This document shows positions 1 to 8,765 of a stretch of 41,648 nt of DNA, in pieces. The DNA lies in contig JAGNSH010000001.1 in the NCBI GenBank assembly GCA_017988165.1, forward strand, positions 1-41,648. The letters are read 5' to 3'. This stretch comes from Giesbergeria sp. (lineage in GTDB: Bacteria > Pseudomonadota > Gammaproteobacteria > Burkholderiales > Burkholderiaceae_C). A model generated the notes under the pieces. The model did no database searches. It was not told the DNA's origin and saw only the letters and a program-made list of their open reading frames with translations. Every line of letters starts with the position of its first letter. Position 1 is the stretch's first letter. The translations under genes and the position numbers were made by a program.

Positions 1-130
1 GGTTTCTATCGTGCTTGTAAAGCAAGATATAAAGGGTGCCCTGCGTGGTGGCGCTGGCATTCGCCGCACTACCCCAGATGCGGCTGCGCTTGCTGCACTG
101 TGCAATCGGCTGAACAAACAAGGATGACAG

Positions 131-592
131 ATGAATTTAAGAACCCTTTTTTTGCTGCTCATCGTTGCCGCAATTGCTGCGCTGGCGGTGTTGAATTGGG
201 GCGAGTTGACGGCGCCGTCGTTGATGTCGCTGGGTGTGGTGTCGATTGAGGCGCCTTTGGGCCTGATCATGCTGGGGCTGACGGCGTTATTGGGCGTTTT
301 CTTTATCGCTTACGTGCTGTCGCTGCAAGGCTCGGTGCTGCTCGATACGCGCCGCCACAGCAAAGAGATGACGGCGCAGCGCGAATTGGCCGACAAGGCT
401 GAAGCCTCGCGTTTTACGGAGTTGCGGGCATTTTTGGAGACGCAGCACCAGCAGGTGCAGAGCCAATTGATAGCGCGCTTGGATACGCTCGAAGCGCGCT
501 TGGCGGCGCGGGCGCAAGAGTCGGACAACAGCACCGCCGCTTATGTCGGCCAGCTGGAGCAGCAACTGCGCATCCAGCTTGATAAAAACTAA
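131..592 (+). CDS. Membrane protein, LapA/DUF1049-like, with two N-terminal TM segments and a coiled-coil tail
   Basis: 153-aa ORF with AAGGA SD. Two hydrophobic stretches are separated by 'APSLMSLGVVSIEAPLGL'; the C-terminus is helical and charged. Confidence 0.6.
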   Translation: MNLRTLFLLLIVAAIAALAVLNWGELTAPSLMSLGVVSIEAPLGLIMLGLTALLGVFFIAYVLSLQGSVLLDTRRHSKEMTAQRELADKAEASRFTELRAFLETQHQQVQSQLIARLDTLEARLAARAQESDNSTAAYVGQLEQQLRIQLDKN

Positions 593-606
593 AGCCCCAA
601 TAAATT

Positions 607-637
607 CGGCCGCCTCGCACAGTGTGTGAGGCGGCCG
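607..637. terminator. GC-rich hairpin between convergent genes (putative bidirectional terminator or stabiliser)
   Basis: CGGCCGCCTCGCAC-AGT-GTGTGAGGCGGCCG forms a 14-bp stem with one G:T pair; there is no clear U-tract. Confidence 0.5.
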
Positions 638-682
638 TAGCTAGCAAAGGTGCGCCAGTGGCGCGCCTGAGAGCGCGCTGAA

Positions 683-988
683 TTACTTCAGCGTCATGAT
701 CCAAGCGACCAATTTCTTGGCATCGGCTTCGCTGACTTGGGTGTTTGCTGGCATCGGCACTGCGCCCCAAACGCCCTTACTGCCCTTCATCACGTGGGTG
801 ACCAAAGTGGCTTCGGCGTCTTTTTGGCCAGCATATTTGGCGGCAACTTCTTTGTAAGAAGGGCCGACCAATTTTTTGTCTACCGAGTGGCAGGCCATGC
901 AATTTTTGGCTTTTGCCAAGGCCAAATCAGCCATGGCGGGAGCCGCGACAGTCAGGGTCAGGGCTAAGGTAATGAGGGCGCGTTTCAT
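683..988 (-). CDS. Class I cytochrome c (c551/c552 type)
   Basis: Signal peptide ending APAMA, heme motif CMACH, 'KLVGPSYKEVA', and distal Met ligand in 'GVWGAVPMPAN'. Confidence 0.95.
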   Translation of the reverse strand: MKRALITLALTLTVAAPAMADLALAKAKNCMACHSVDKKLVGPSYKEVAAKYAGQKDAEATLVTHVMKGSKGVWGAVPMPANTQVSEADAKKLVAWIMTLK

Positions 989-1089
989 CGTAGTCTTTCT
1001 AGGGTTGGGTTACATTGTTATCAACAAGATTCTAATGAACTTGGTTGACAAGATAAATGGTATTAGCTAGGCGTTAAGGGGGTACTTTC

Positions 1090-1332
1090 ATGTATTTACT
1101 GGGCATTGGCATCGTTCTGGTGCTTTTGAAGTATCTAGAAATCGGCCCGATTGCCGCGTGGTCGTGGTGGTGGGTTTTGGCGCCGTTTGCGTTGACTGCG
1201 CTGTGGTGGGCTTGGGCCGATGCCAGCGGCTACAGCAAGCGACGCATCATGGACAAGATGGATCGGCGCAAGCAAGAGCGCCTCGATAAGCAAAAAAGCG
1301 CGTTGGGCTTAGGCGTGCAAAAAAAGCGTTGA
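1090..1332 (+). CDS. Small Trp-rich membrane protein (TIGR04438-like)
   Basis: 80 aa with '[12 protein letters not shown]...WWAWAD' and a basic C-terminus; AAGGGGG SD; lies upstream of ilvD. Confidence 0.8.
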   Translation: MYLLGIGIVLVLLKYLEIGPIAAWSWWWVLAPFALTALWWAWADASGYSKRRIMDKMDRRKQERLDKQKSALGLGVQKKR

Positions 1333-1420
1333 AGAAGTAGTTGATACAGACCAATGGGCGCTAATCGGTGCTATGGGTGCTAAATTGGCGCCCTTTCAGT
1401 CACCTTTATCAGACATCACC

Positions 1421-3280
1421 ATGCCCATTTACCGCTCTAAAACCTCTACTGCTGGTCGCAACATGGCCGGTGCGCGCTCTTTGTGGCGTGCCACTGGCAT
1501 GAAGGACGACGACTTCAGCAAACCCATCATTGCGGTGGTCAACTCGTTCACGCAGTTTGTGCCGGGCCACGTTCACCTGAAAGACATGGGCCAGCTGGTG
1601 GCGCGTGAGATTGAAGCGGCCGGCGGCGTCGCCAAAGAGTTCAACACCATTGCCGTGGACGACGGCATTGCCATGGGCCACGACGGTATGTTGTATTCGC
1701 TGCCCAGCCGCGACATCATTGCCGACTCGGTCGAATACATGGTCAACGCCCACTGCGCCGACGCCATGGTCTGCATCTCCAACTGCGACAAAATCACGCC
1801 GGGTATGTTGATGGCCGCTATGCGCCTGAACATTCCGGTGGTGTTCGTCTCGGGCGGGCCGATGGAGGCGGGCAAGGTCAAGCTGGCCGACCCCGGCACC
1901 CACGCCATGACCTTTAAAAAGCTCGATTTGATCGACGCCATGGTGATGGCGGCTGATGACGCCGTCAGCGACGCCGACTTGGCCGAAATTGAGCGCTCGG
2001 CCTGCCCGACCTGCGGTTCATGCTCGGGTATGTTCACCGCCAACTCGATGAACTGCCTGACCGAAGCGCTGGGCCTGTCGCTGCCGGGCAACGGCACCGT
2101 GGTGGCGACGCACGCTGACCGCGAGCAATTGTTCAAGCGCGCTGGGCGGGTGGCGGTGGATTTGTGCAAGCGCTACTACGAGCAAGACGACACCAGCGTG
2201 CTGCCGCGCTCGATAGGCTTTAAGGCGCTTGAGAACGCTATGACGCTGGACATTGCGATGGGCGGCTCCACCAATACCATCTTGCACATCTTGGCGATTG
2301 CCCAAGAGGCCGAGATCGAGTTCACCATGGCCGACATTGACCGCCTCTCGCGCAGCGTGCCGCAGCTGTGCAAAGTCGCGCCCAACACCGACAAATACCA
2401 CATCGAAGACGTGCACCGCGCCGGCGGCATCATGGGCATCTTGGGCGAGCTGGACCGCGCCGGCAAGCTGCACACCGACACGCCGACGGTGTACGGCAAG
2501 ACCATGAAGGACGCGCTGGACGAGTGGGATGTGGCCCGTAACCCGTCCGAAGCGGTCAAAACTTTCTATATGGCGGCGCCGGGTGGCGTGCCCACGCAGG
2601 TGGCTTTCAGCCAAAGCGAGCGCTGGCCGAGTCTGGACGTAGACCGCAAAGACGGCTGCATTCGCGCTTACGAGCACGCTTTCTCCAAAGAAGGCGGTTT
2701 GGCGGTGCTGACCGGCAACATCGCCCTGAACGGCTGTGTCGTCAAAACCGCCGGCGTCGATGACGAGCTGCTGGTGTTTGAAGGCCCGGCGCACGTGGTT
2801 GAGTCGCAGGACGAAGCCGTCGCCAACATCTTGGATGACAAGGTCAAGGCCGGCGACGTGGTCATCGTGCGCTACGAAGGCCCCAAGGGCGGCCCCGGGA
2901 TGCAAGAAATGCTCTACCCGACCAGCTACATCAAATCCAAGGGCCTAGGCAAAGCCTGCGCGTTGCTGACCGATGGGCGCTTTTCGGGCGGCACCTCGGG
3001 CCTGTCGATTGGCCACGCCTCGCCCGAAGCGGCGGCTGGCGGCGCGATTGGCTTGGTGCGCATGGGCGACCGCATTCGCATCGACATCCCGAGCCGCAGC
3101 ATCAACGTGCTGCTGTCCGACGAGGAGCTGGCCAAGCGCCGCGCCGAGCAAGACGCCAAAGGCTGGAAGCCCGCCCAGCCGCGTCCGCGCAAAGTCTCTA
3201 GCGCGCTCAAGGCGTACGCCAAGCTGGTGATGTCGGCCGACAAGGGCGCAGTGCGCGACGTCTCGCTGTTGGACGATTGA
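1421..3280 (+). CDS. ilvD: Dihydroxy-acid dehydratase
   Basis: Start [19 protein letters not shown]; motifs [38 protein letters not shown] and TDGRFSGG. Confidence 0.98.
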   Translation: MPIYRSKTSTAGRNMAGARSLWRATGMKDDDFSKPIIAVVNSFTQFVPGHVHLKDMGQLVAREIEAAGGVAKEFNTIAVDDGIAMGHDGMLYSLPSRDIIADSVEYMVNAHCADAMVCISNCDKITPGMLMAAMRLNIPVVFVSGGPMEAGKVKLADPGTHAMTFKKLDLIDAMVMAADDAVSDADLAEIERSACPTCGSCSGMFTANSMNCLTEALGLSLPGNGTVVATHADREQLFKRAGRVAVDLCKRYYEQDDTSVLPRSIGFKALENAMTLDIAMGGSTNTILHILAIAQEAEIEFTMADIDRLSRSVPQLCKVAPNTDKYHIEDVHRAGGIMGILGELDRAGKLHTDTPTVYGKTMKDALDEWDVARNPSEAVKTFYMAAPGGVPTQVAFSQSERWPSLDVDRKDGCIRAYEHAFSKEGGLAVLTGNIALNGCVVKTAGVDDELLVFEGPAHVVESQDEAVANILDDKVKAGDVVIVRYEGPKGGPGMQEMLYPTSYIKSKGLGKACALLTDGRFSGGTSGLSIGHASPEAAAGGAIGLVRMGDRIRIDIPSRSINVLLSDEELAKRRAEQDAKGWKPAQPRPRKVSSALKAYAKLVMSADKGAVRDVSLLDD

Positions 3281-3288
3281 GCGCAATT

Positions 3289-3336
3289 ACTACTTAATTG
3301 ATAGCTGTAACCGCACGCTGCATAAGCGCTAGAGGC
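3289..3336 (-). repeat. Dispersed ~48-bp repeat, copy downstream of ilvD
   Basis: The reverse complement GCCTCTAGCGCTTATGCAGCGTGCGGTTACAGCTATCAATTAAGTAGT aligns without gaps to the copies at 6469, 33091 and 39039. Confidence 0.85.
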
Positions 3337-3395
3337 CGATTTCTATCATTTTTTACCGATAGCCATCGGCCTTGGCGGGCACAATAGCGCCCACT

Positions 3396-4208
3396 ATGCT
3401 GATTTATCCCCACATCAATCCCGTCGCCTTGCAAATTGGCCCGCTGGCCATCCACTGGTACGGCCTGACTTATTTGGCAGCTTTTGGGCTGTTTATGTTT
3501 TTGGGTACGCGGCGCCTGCGCCACCCGCCGTTTGCCGCCATCCAAGGGCCGGGCGCGTGGACGCGCCGCGATGTGGAAGACATTTTGTTTTTGGGCGTGA
3601 TGGGCGTGGTCATTGGCGGGCGGCTGGGTTACTGCTTGTTTTACAAGCCCGGTTACTACGCCACGCATCCGCTGGAGATTTTTGCCATCTGGCAAGGCGG
3701 CATGAGTTTTCATGGTGGCCTGCTGGGTGTGATTGCGTCCATGCTGTGGTTTGCACGTTCGCGCCAACGGCCTTTGCTACAGGTGGCTGATTTTGTTGCG
3801 CCCTGTGTGCCGACGGGTTTGGCGGCGGGGCGGGTCGGCAACTTCATCAATGGTGAGCTGTGGGGGCGCTTTTCCAGCCCCGATGTGCCGTGGGGCATGG
3901 TGTTTCCACACAGCGGCTCGATGCTGGCGCGCCATCCGTCGCAGGTGTACCAATTTTTGCTGGAAGGGCTGCTGCTGTTTGTGCTGCTGTGGCTGTACGC
4001 ACGCAAAGAGCGCAAGCAAGGCCAAGTCGCCGCCATGTTTTTGTTGGGTTATGGCGTGTTTCGCTTCATCGCCGAATTTTTCCGCGAGCCAGACAGCTTT
4101 TTGGGGCTGCTGCCGCTGGGCATGAGCATGGGCCAGTGGCTGTGCCTGCCAATGATTGGCGCCGGTGTGGCGCTGTGGCTGTGGGCGCAGCGCCAGCCCG
4201 TTCGTTGA
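3396..4208 (+). CDS. lgt: Prolipoprotein diacylglyceryl transferase
   Basis: Motifs [40 protein letters not shown] and [12 protein letters not shown]. Confidence 0.98.
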   Translation: MLIYPHINPVALQIGPLAIHWYGLTYLAAFGLFMFLGTRRLRHPPFAAIQGPGAWTRRDVEDILFLGVMGVVIGGRLGYCLFYKPGYYATHPLEIFAIWQGGMSFHGGLLGVIASMLWFARSRQRPLLQVADFVAPCVPTGLAAGRVGNFINGELWGRFSSPDVPWGMVFPHSGSMLARHPSQVYQFLLEGLLLFVLLWLYARKERKQGQVAAMFLLGYGVFRFIAEFFREPDSFLGLLPLGMSMGQWLCLPMIGAGVALWLWAQRQPVR

Positions 4209-4240
4209 TTTTTTATTTCCACAGAAAGAAGGCCCGTCCC

Positions 4241-5737
4241 ATGACAAAAACCCCTGAGTGGATTGCCCGCAGCGTGTCGCGTCTGCGCGCTGCATCGTCA
4301 AAAACTGCCGATAAAAAAGCGGACAAAAACGTCGACAAAAGCATTGACAAAAGCGCTGACAAAGCGGCCAAGTCAGCACCGCCGCGCTCGACCCATGAGC
4401 GCCTAGAAGCCACCTTGCGCCGGGGCCAAGAAGCGCTGGCACCGCGCACCTTGCGCCGGGTGTTGACTGATTTGCAAGCCGTCATCCAACCGCGCACCAG
4501 CGAGCTCGAAGGCGGGCGCCGCGCCAAAGAAGTGGCCGACTGGTACGCCCAAGCCCAGCCCGAAGAGCGCCGCGATATGTGGCTGCTGATGTGCGAACAA
4601 TTTGCCCCCGATGCCACGCATTTCGAGTCAGCGCGAAAACGCTACGCGGCCGCTGCGGGCACCGAAGACGAAGGCCAGGCCGAAGTCAGCCTGCGCCGCG
4701 CGCTGGAGTCGCCGCGCACGCGCCTGTTGCAGCGCTTTGCGGCGTTTACCGGCGGGATGCGTTTTTTGGTGGATATGCGCGCTGAGTTGCTGGGGCAGCT
4801 CAAAAGCGACAAGCGCCTGCTGTCACTGGACGCCGAGCTGGAGTATTTGTTTTCTACCTGGTTTGACGTGGCCTTTTTGGAGTTGCGCCGCCTGTCGTGG
4901 GATTCGCCGGCGTCGTTGATTGAAAAGCTCATCAAATACGAGGCGGTGCATGACATTCGCAGCTGGGCTGATTTGAAAAACCGCCTTGACAGCGACCGGC
5001 GCTGCTATGGTTTTTTTCACCCCAGCTTGCCGCAAGAGCCTTTGATTTTTGTCGAGGTGGCGCTGGTCAACAGCATCTCCAGCAGCATCACGCCGCTGCT
5101 GGACGAGGCGGCAGAAACTGCCGATATGGCCCGCGCCACCACGGCGATTTTTTACTCGATCAGCAACACGCAAACCGGCCTGCGCGGCGTCAGTTTTGGC
5201 GACTCGCTGATCAAGCACGTGGTGGAAACCTTGTGCGCCGAGTTTCCGCGCCTGCGCACCTTTGCCACGCTCTCGCCGATTCCGGGGCTGCGCGCTTGGC
5301 TGGGTAAAAACGCCGGTGCCATGCTGGACAAGTTGACCGATAAGCAGCGCGCGGAACTCGCTCGTGCTGTCGGGGTTGAGGGCGCTGCGCCGCTGCAGGC
5401 TGCGCCTTTGCTGGCCGCTTTTGACAAGTCGCAAGAGTTGGACGCCAAGTCGCCCGTGCGCCAAATGCTGATGCAGTGCGCCGCCTCTTACCTGGCGCGC
5501 GAGTTGCCCGGCGGTAAACCAGCCGATCCGGTGGCGCGCTTTCACTTGGGCAACGGCGCGCGGGTCGAGCAATTGAATTGGGGCGGCGATCCATCGACCA
5601 AGGGACACAAGCAGTCGTATGGCTTGATGGTCAATTATTTGTACGACCTCAAACGCATCGACAAGCACCGCAGCTTGCTGGCCGATGGCAAAGTGGCCGC
5701 CTCCAAAGCCATTGAAGGCCTGTGCCTGCCGCGTTGA
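4241..5737 (+). CDS. Malonyl-CoA decarboxylase
   Basis: Motifs YEAVH, DRRCYGFFHP, EPLIFVEVAL, AIFYSISNTQ, TLSPIPG, DPVARFHLGNGA and SYGLMVNYLYD. ATG 4241 follows AGAAGG; the longer ORF start overlaps lgt. Confidence 0.93.
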   Translation: MTKTPEWIARSVSRLRAASSKTADKKADKNVDKSIDKSADKAAKSAPPRSTHERLEATLRRGQEALAPRTLRRVLTDLQAVIQPRTSELEGGRRAKEVADWYAQAQPEERRDMWLLMCEQFAPDATHFESARKRYAAAAGTEDEGQAEVSLRRALESPRTRLLQRFAAFTGGMRFLVDMRAELLGQLKSDKRLLSLDAELEYLFSTWFDVAFLELRRLSWDSPASLIEKLIKYEAVHDIRSWADLKNRLDSDRRCYGFFHPSLPQEPLIFVEVALVNSISSSITPLLDEAAETADMARATTAIFYSISNTQTGLRGVSFGDSLIKHVVETLCAEFPRLRTFATLSPIPGLRAWLGKNAGAMLDKLTDKQRAELARAVGVEGAAPLQAAPLLAAFDKSQELDAKSPVRQMLMQCAASYLARELPGGKPADPVARFHLGNGARVEQLNWGGDPSTKGHKQSYGLMVNYLYDLKRIDKHRSLLADGKVAASKAIEGLCLPR

Positions 5738-5791
5738 GTGGTTGAATTGCCGTTGAAACCTAACATCACACACCCAGAGAGGGATCGAGAT

Positions 5792-6622
5792 ATGTCCGGA
5801 GAAGTTATTGCCGCGCGTGCGCAAGGGGCCGCTGGCGCTGTTGGTGTGTGGCTGGTCACGCTGCGCCATGAGGGGCGGCTCAACGCCATGTCGCGTGCTA
5901 TGTGGCGCCAGTTGCGCTCTGTTTTTGAGAGCATTCAGCGTAATGCTGACGTGCGCTGCGTGCTGATTCAGGGCGAAGGCGAAGCGTTTTGTGCCGGCGG
6001 GGATATTTCTGAGTACCCAGCCTTTCGCTTTGACCCCGAGCTGCTGCGCGACTTCCATGAGAACGATGTCTGGGGCGCTTTGCAGGCCATGCTCGATTGC
6101 GATGTGCCCATCGTGGCGCACATTGCTGGCGCTTGCATGGGGGCAGGGGTAGAGATTGCCAGTTGCTGCGATATGCGCGTTGCGGGCACCTCGGCGCGGT
6201 TTGGTGCGCCGATTGCCAAACTGGGTTTTCCGATGGCACCGCGTGAGGCGCAGTTGGTGCTGTCTGCCGTGGGCGAGGTGGCTGCCCGGCAAATGCTGCT
6301 CGAAGCCAGCACCTTCAGTGCCACCGATATGCGCGTGCGCGGTTTTTTGAACCGTGTCGTCGCCGACGATTTGCTGGCCGACGATGCGCTGGCCAGTGCT
6401 TGTCGCATTGCCGCACTGGCTCCGGCGGCTGCGCGTATGAATAAACAGACACTTCGGGCATTAAAAGTGCCTCTAGCCCAATACCAGCAAGCGCTTACAG
6501 CTATTAATACAGAAGCAAACGCTGCGGTGCAAGCAGCAGTAGACCCTTACGCTTATGCCTCCAATGCCGAGCACCGTGAGGGCATTACGGCGTTTTTGGC
6601 CAAACGCGCGCCGATTTTTTGA
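5792..6622 (+). CDS. Enoyl-CoA hydratase/isomerase (crotonase) family protein
   Basis: Motifs RLNAM, AFCAGGDI, GACMGAGVEIASCCD and C-terminal REGITAFLAKRAPIF. Confidence 0.9.
   Translation: MSGEVIAARAQGAAGAVGVWLVTLRHEGRLNAMSRAMWRQLRSVFESIQRNADVRCVLIQGEGEAFCAGGDISEYPAFRFDPELLRDFHENDVWGALQAMLDCDVPIVAHIAGACMGAGVEIASCCDMRVAGTSARFGAPIAKLGFPMAPREAQLVLSAVGEVAARQMLLEASTFSATDMRVRGFLNRVVADDLLADDALASACRIAALAPAAARMNKQTLRALKVPLAQYQQALTAINTEANAAVQAAVDPYAYASNAEHREGITAFLAKRAPIF
6469..6516 (+). repeat. Dispersed ~48-bp repeat, copy inside the crotonase CDS
   Basis: GCCTCTAGCCCAATACCAGCAAGCGCTTACAGCTATTAATACAGAAGC, read in frame as PLAQYQQALTAINTEA. Confidence 0.85.
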
Positions 6623-6636
6623 GAGGGTTGACGGCA

Positions 6637-8214
6637 ATGACTTCACAGAACTTGTTTTGCGCGCTGCGCGCCGCCTTTCCTGCCGACTTGGATCAGACGG
6701 CGGTAGAAACCACGACGGTGGATGGTCAATCGCTGCACTACAGCTGGCGCGATGTGGACTGCGCCAGCGCGCGCATGGCCAATTTGCTGGCGTCGCTCGA
6801 TTTGCCTGCGGGCAGCCGCATTGCGGTGCAGGTAGAAAAATCGGTCGAAGCCATGTTGTTGTACCTGGCCACGCTGCGCGCCGGCCATGTGTTTTTGCCG
6901 CTGAACACGGCTTATCAAAGCAACGAAATCGCCTACTTTGTTGGCAATGCCGAGCCAGCGGTGGTGGTGTGTACGCCAGGCAACTTTGGCTGGGTGTCAA
7001 AAATTGCTTTCACTGCGGGCACGCAGCACGTCTTTACGCTGGGCGACGACCGCAGCGGCAGTTGGCTGGAGCGCGCGGCGCACCACAGCGATGTGCAGCA
7101 GCCCGTCGCCCAAAGCGGTGATGATTTGGCGGCCATTTTGTACACCAGTGGCACCACCGGGCGCAGCAAGGGGGCGATGCTGACGCACGGCAATTTGCTC
7201 TCCAATGCGCTGGTGCTGAAAGACTATTGGGGCTGGCGCACGCCCGAGCAGGGCGGTGATGTGCTGATCCACGCGCTGCCGATTTTTCATGTCCACGGCC
7301 TGTTTGTCGCCATCCACGCAGCGCTGCTGAACGCCAGCAAGATGATTTGGTTGCCTAAGTTTGACGCGCCAGCGGTGATTGCTGCACTGCCACGCGCCAC
7401 GGTGTTTATGGGCGTGCCGACGCTGTATGTACGTTTGCTGGCCGAGCCGGGTTTGACGCCCGAGGTGGCGGCGCATATGCGCTTGTTTATCTCTGGCTCG
7501 GCGCCGCTGCTGCTCGATACCTTCAAGGCGTGGCAGCAGCGCACCGGCCACACCATCCTAGAGCGCTACGGCATGAGCGAAACCGCCATGCTGACCTCCA
7601 ACCCCTACTGTGCCGATGCCCGCTATGTTGGCCAGCACGGGCCAGAGACTGAACGGCGCGGCGGCACGGTCGGTTTTGCGCTGCCCGGCGTGGGCTTGCG
7701 CGTGGTCGATGATGCGGCGCAGGTGCTGCCCGCCGGGCAGATCGGCCACATCCAGGTGCAAGGCCCGAACGTCTTTCAGGGCTACTGGCGTATGCCCGAG
7801 AAAACGCAAGAAGAATTCACCGCCGATGGCTGGTTTAAGACCGGCGATGTCGGGCAGGTCGATGCGCGTGGCTACGTCACCATCGTTGGCCGCAGCAAAG
7901 ATTTGATTATTTCGGGCGGCTACAACGTCTATCCGGCAGAGATTGAAGGCTGTATCAACGATATCCCCGGTGTCGCTGAAAGCGCGGTGGTCGGCGTGCC
8001 GCACCCTGATTTTGGCGAGGTGGGCGTGGCGGTGCTGATAGCCCAGCCGGGTGTGGCACTGGATGGCGAGGCGGTGCTGGCGCAGCTCAAGACCGAGCTG
8101 GCCAATTTCAAAATTCCCAAGCGCTGCTTTGTCGCTAGCACCTTGCCGCGCAACACCATGGGCAAGGTGCAAAAAAATTTGTTGCGCGAGCAGTACCAGT
8201 CGCTGTTTTCTTGA
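6637..8214 (+). CDS. matB: Malonyl-CoA synthetase (ANL adenylate-forming enzyme)
   Basis: Motifs YTSGTTGRSKG, HALPIFHVHGLF, ERYGMSET, GRSKDLIISGGYNVYP and PRNTMGKVQK; clustered with malonyl-CoA decarboxylase. Confidence 0.92.
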   Translation: MTSQNLFCALRAAFPADLDQTAVETTTVDGQSLHYSWRDVDCASARMANLLASLDLPAGSRIAVQVEKSVEAMLLYLATLRAGHVFLPLNTAYQSNEIAYFVGNAEPAVVVCTPGNFGWVSKIAFTAGTQHVFTLGDDRSGSWLERAAHHSDVQQPVAQSGDDLAAILYTSGTTGRSKGAMLTHGNLLSNALVLKDYWGWRTPEQGGDVLIHALPIFHVHGLFVAIHAALLNASKMIWLPKFDAPAVIAALPRATVFMGVPTLYVRLLAEPGLTPEVAAHMRLFISGSAPLLLDTFKAWQQRTGHTILERYGMSETAMLTSNPYCADARYVGQHGPETERRGGTVGFALPGVGLRVVDDAAQVLPAGQIGHIQVQGPNVFQGYWRMPEKTQEEFTADGWFKTGDVGQVDARGYVTIVGRSKDLIISGGYNVYPAEIEGCINDIPGVAESAVVGVPHPDFGEVGVAVLIAQPGVALDGEAVLAQLKTELANFKIPKRCFVASTLPRNTMGKVQKNLLREQYQSLFS

Positions 8215-8220
8215 CGCGGC

Positions 8221-8664
8221 TTAGCGCAGCACCAGCACGGGCATATTGGCGTGTGTCAGTACGTGCTGGGTTTCGCTGCCCAGCAGCATCCGCTGTAGGC
8301 CTTTGCGGCCATGCGAGGCCATCACGATCAGATCGCACTGGTGGTTGTGGGCGGTCTCGATGACGGCCTCGGCCACCAAGTCGGACTTGACCACTACGGC
8401 TGTTACGGCCACGTTTTGCAGTTCGCCCTTGGCTTTGATCTCTTTGACCAAGGTGAGTGCCGCTTCGCTCCACTGCTTTTCGATGCGCTTCATGTCGTTG
8501 GTGTCGGTGGCCAAGCCGCCTTCAAAGTAGCTGCGCGGGTAGTGCGGCACTACCTTTAGCGCAATGACTGTAGCGCCCGCCAAAGCCGCTAAAGACAGAC
8601 CTGATTCGACCGCTTTATCAGACAAGGGGGAGCCATCGGTCGCAATCAAAATGCATTTATACAT
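8221..8664 (-). CDS. Universal stress protein (UspA family)
   Basis: MYKCILIATDGS at the N-terminus and DLIVMASHGRKG...LLGSETQHVL...PVLVLR at the C-terminus. Confidence 0.95.
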   Translation of the reverse strand: MYKCILIATDGSPLSDKAVESGLSLAALAGATVIALKVVPHYPRSYFEGGLATDTNDMKRIEKQWSEAALTLVKEIKAKGELQNVAVTAVVVKSDLVAEAVIETAHNHQCDLIVMASHGRKGLQRMLLGSETQHVLTHANMPVLVLR

Positions 8665-8765
8665 AACGAGTTCCTCTGTTGAGCCGCAGAGCTTAAGGCG
8701 GATCATTCCTTTTGAAAAATGGCGCCAATAAGTTTGCAAATGTACGAAAGCGTTAAACTTGAGCC

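Noticed and set aside
1015-1060. FNR box in the cytochrome c / Trp-rich protein divergent promoter
   Set aside because: TTGTT-ATC-AACAA and TTGAC-AAGA-TAAAT do not fit the TTGAT-N4-ATCAA spacing or sequence.
3860-4240. N-terminal extension of the malonyl-CoA decarboxylase ORF (625 aa)
   Set aside because: It overlaps lgt in another frame; ATG 4241 with an SD-like sequence is more plausible. The same reasoning trims the extensions at 29275, 34076, 35633, 21613 and 40002.
4823-6292. 489-aa minus-strand ORF and other long antisense ORFs (e.g. 2018-2905, 17446-18396, 24207-25268, 34310-35131)
   Set aside because: These are shadows of well-supported plus-strand genes in GC-rich, codon-biased DNA and show no recognisable motifs.
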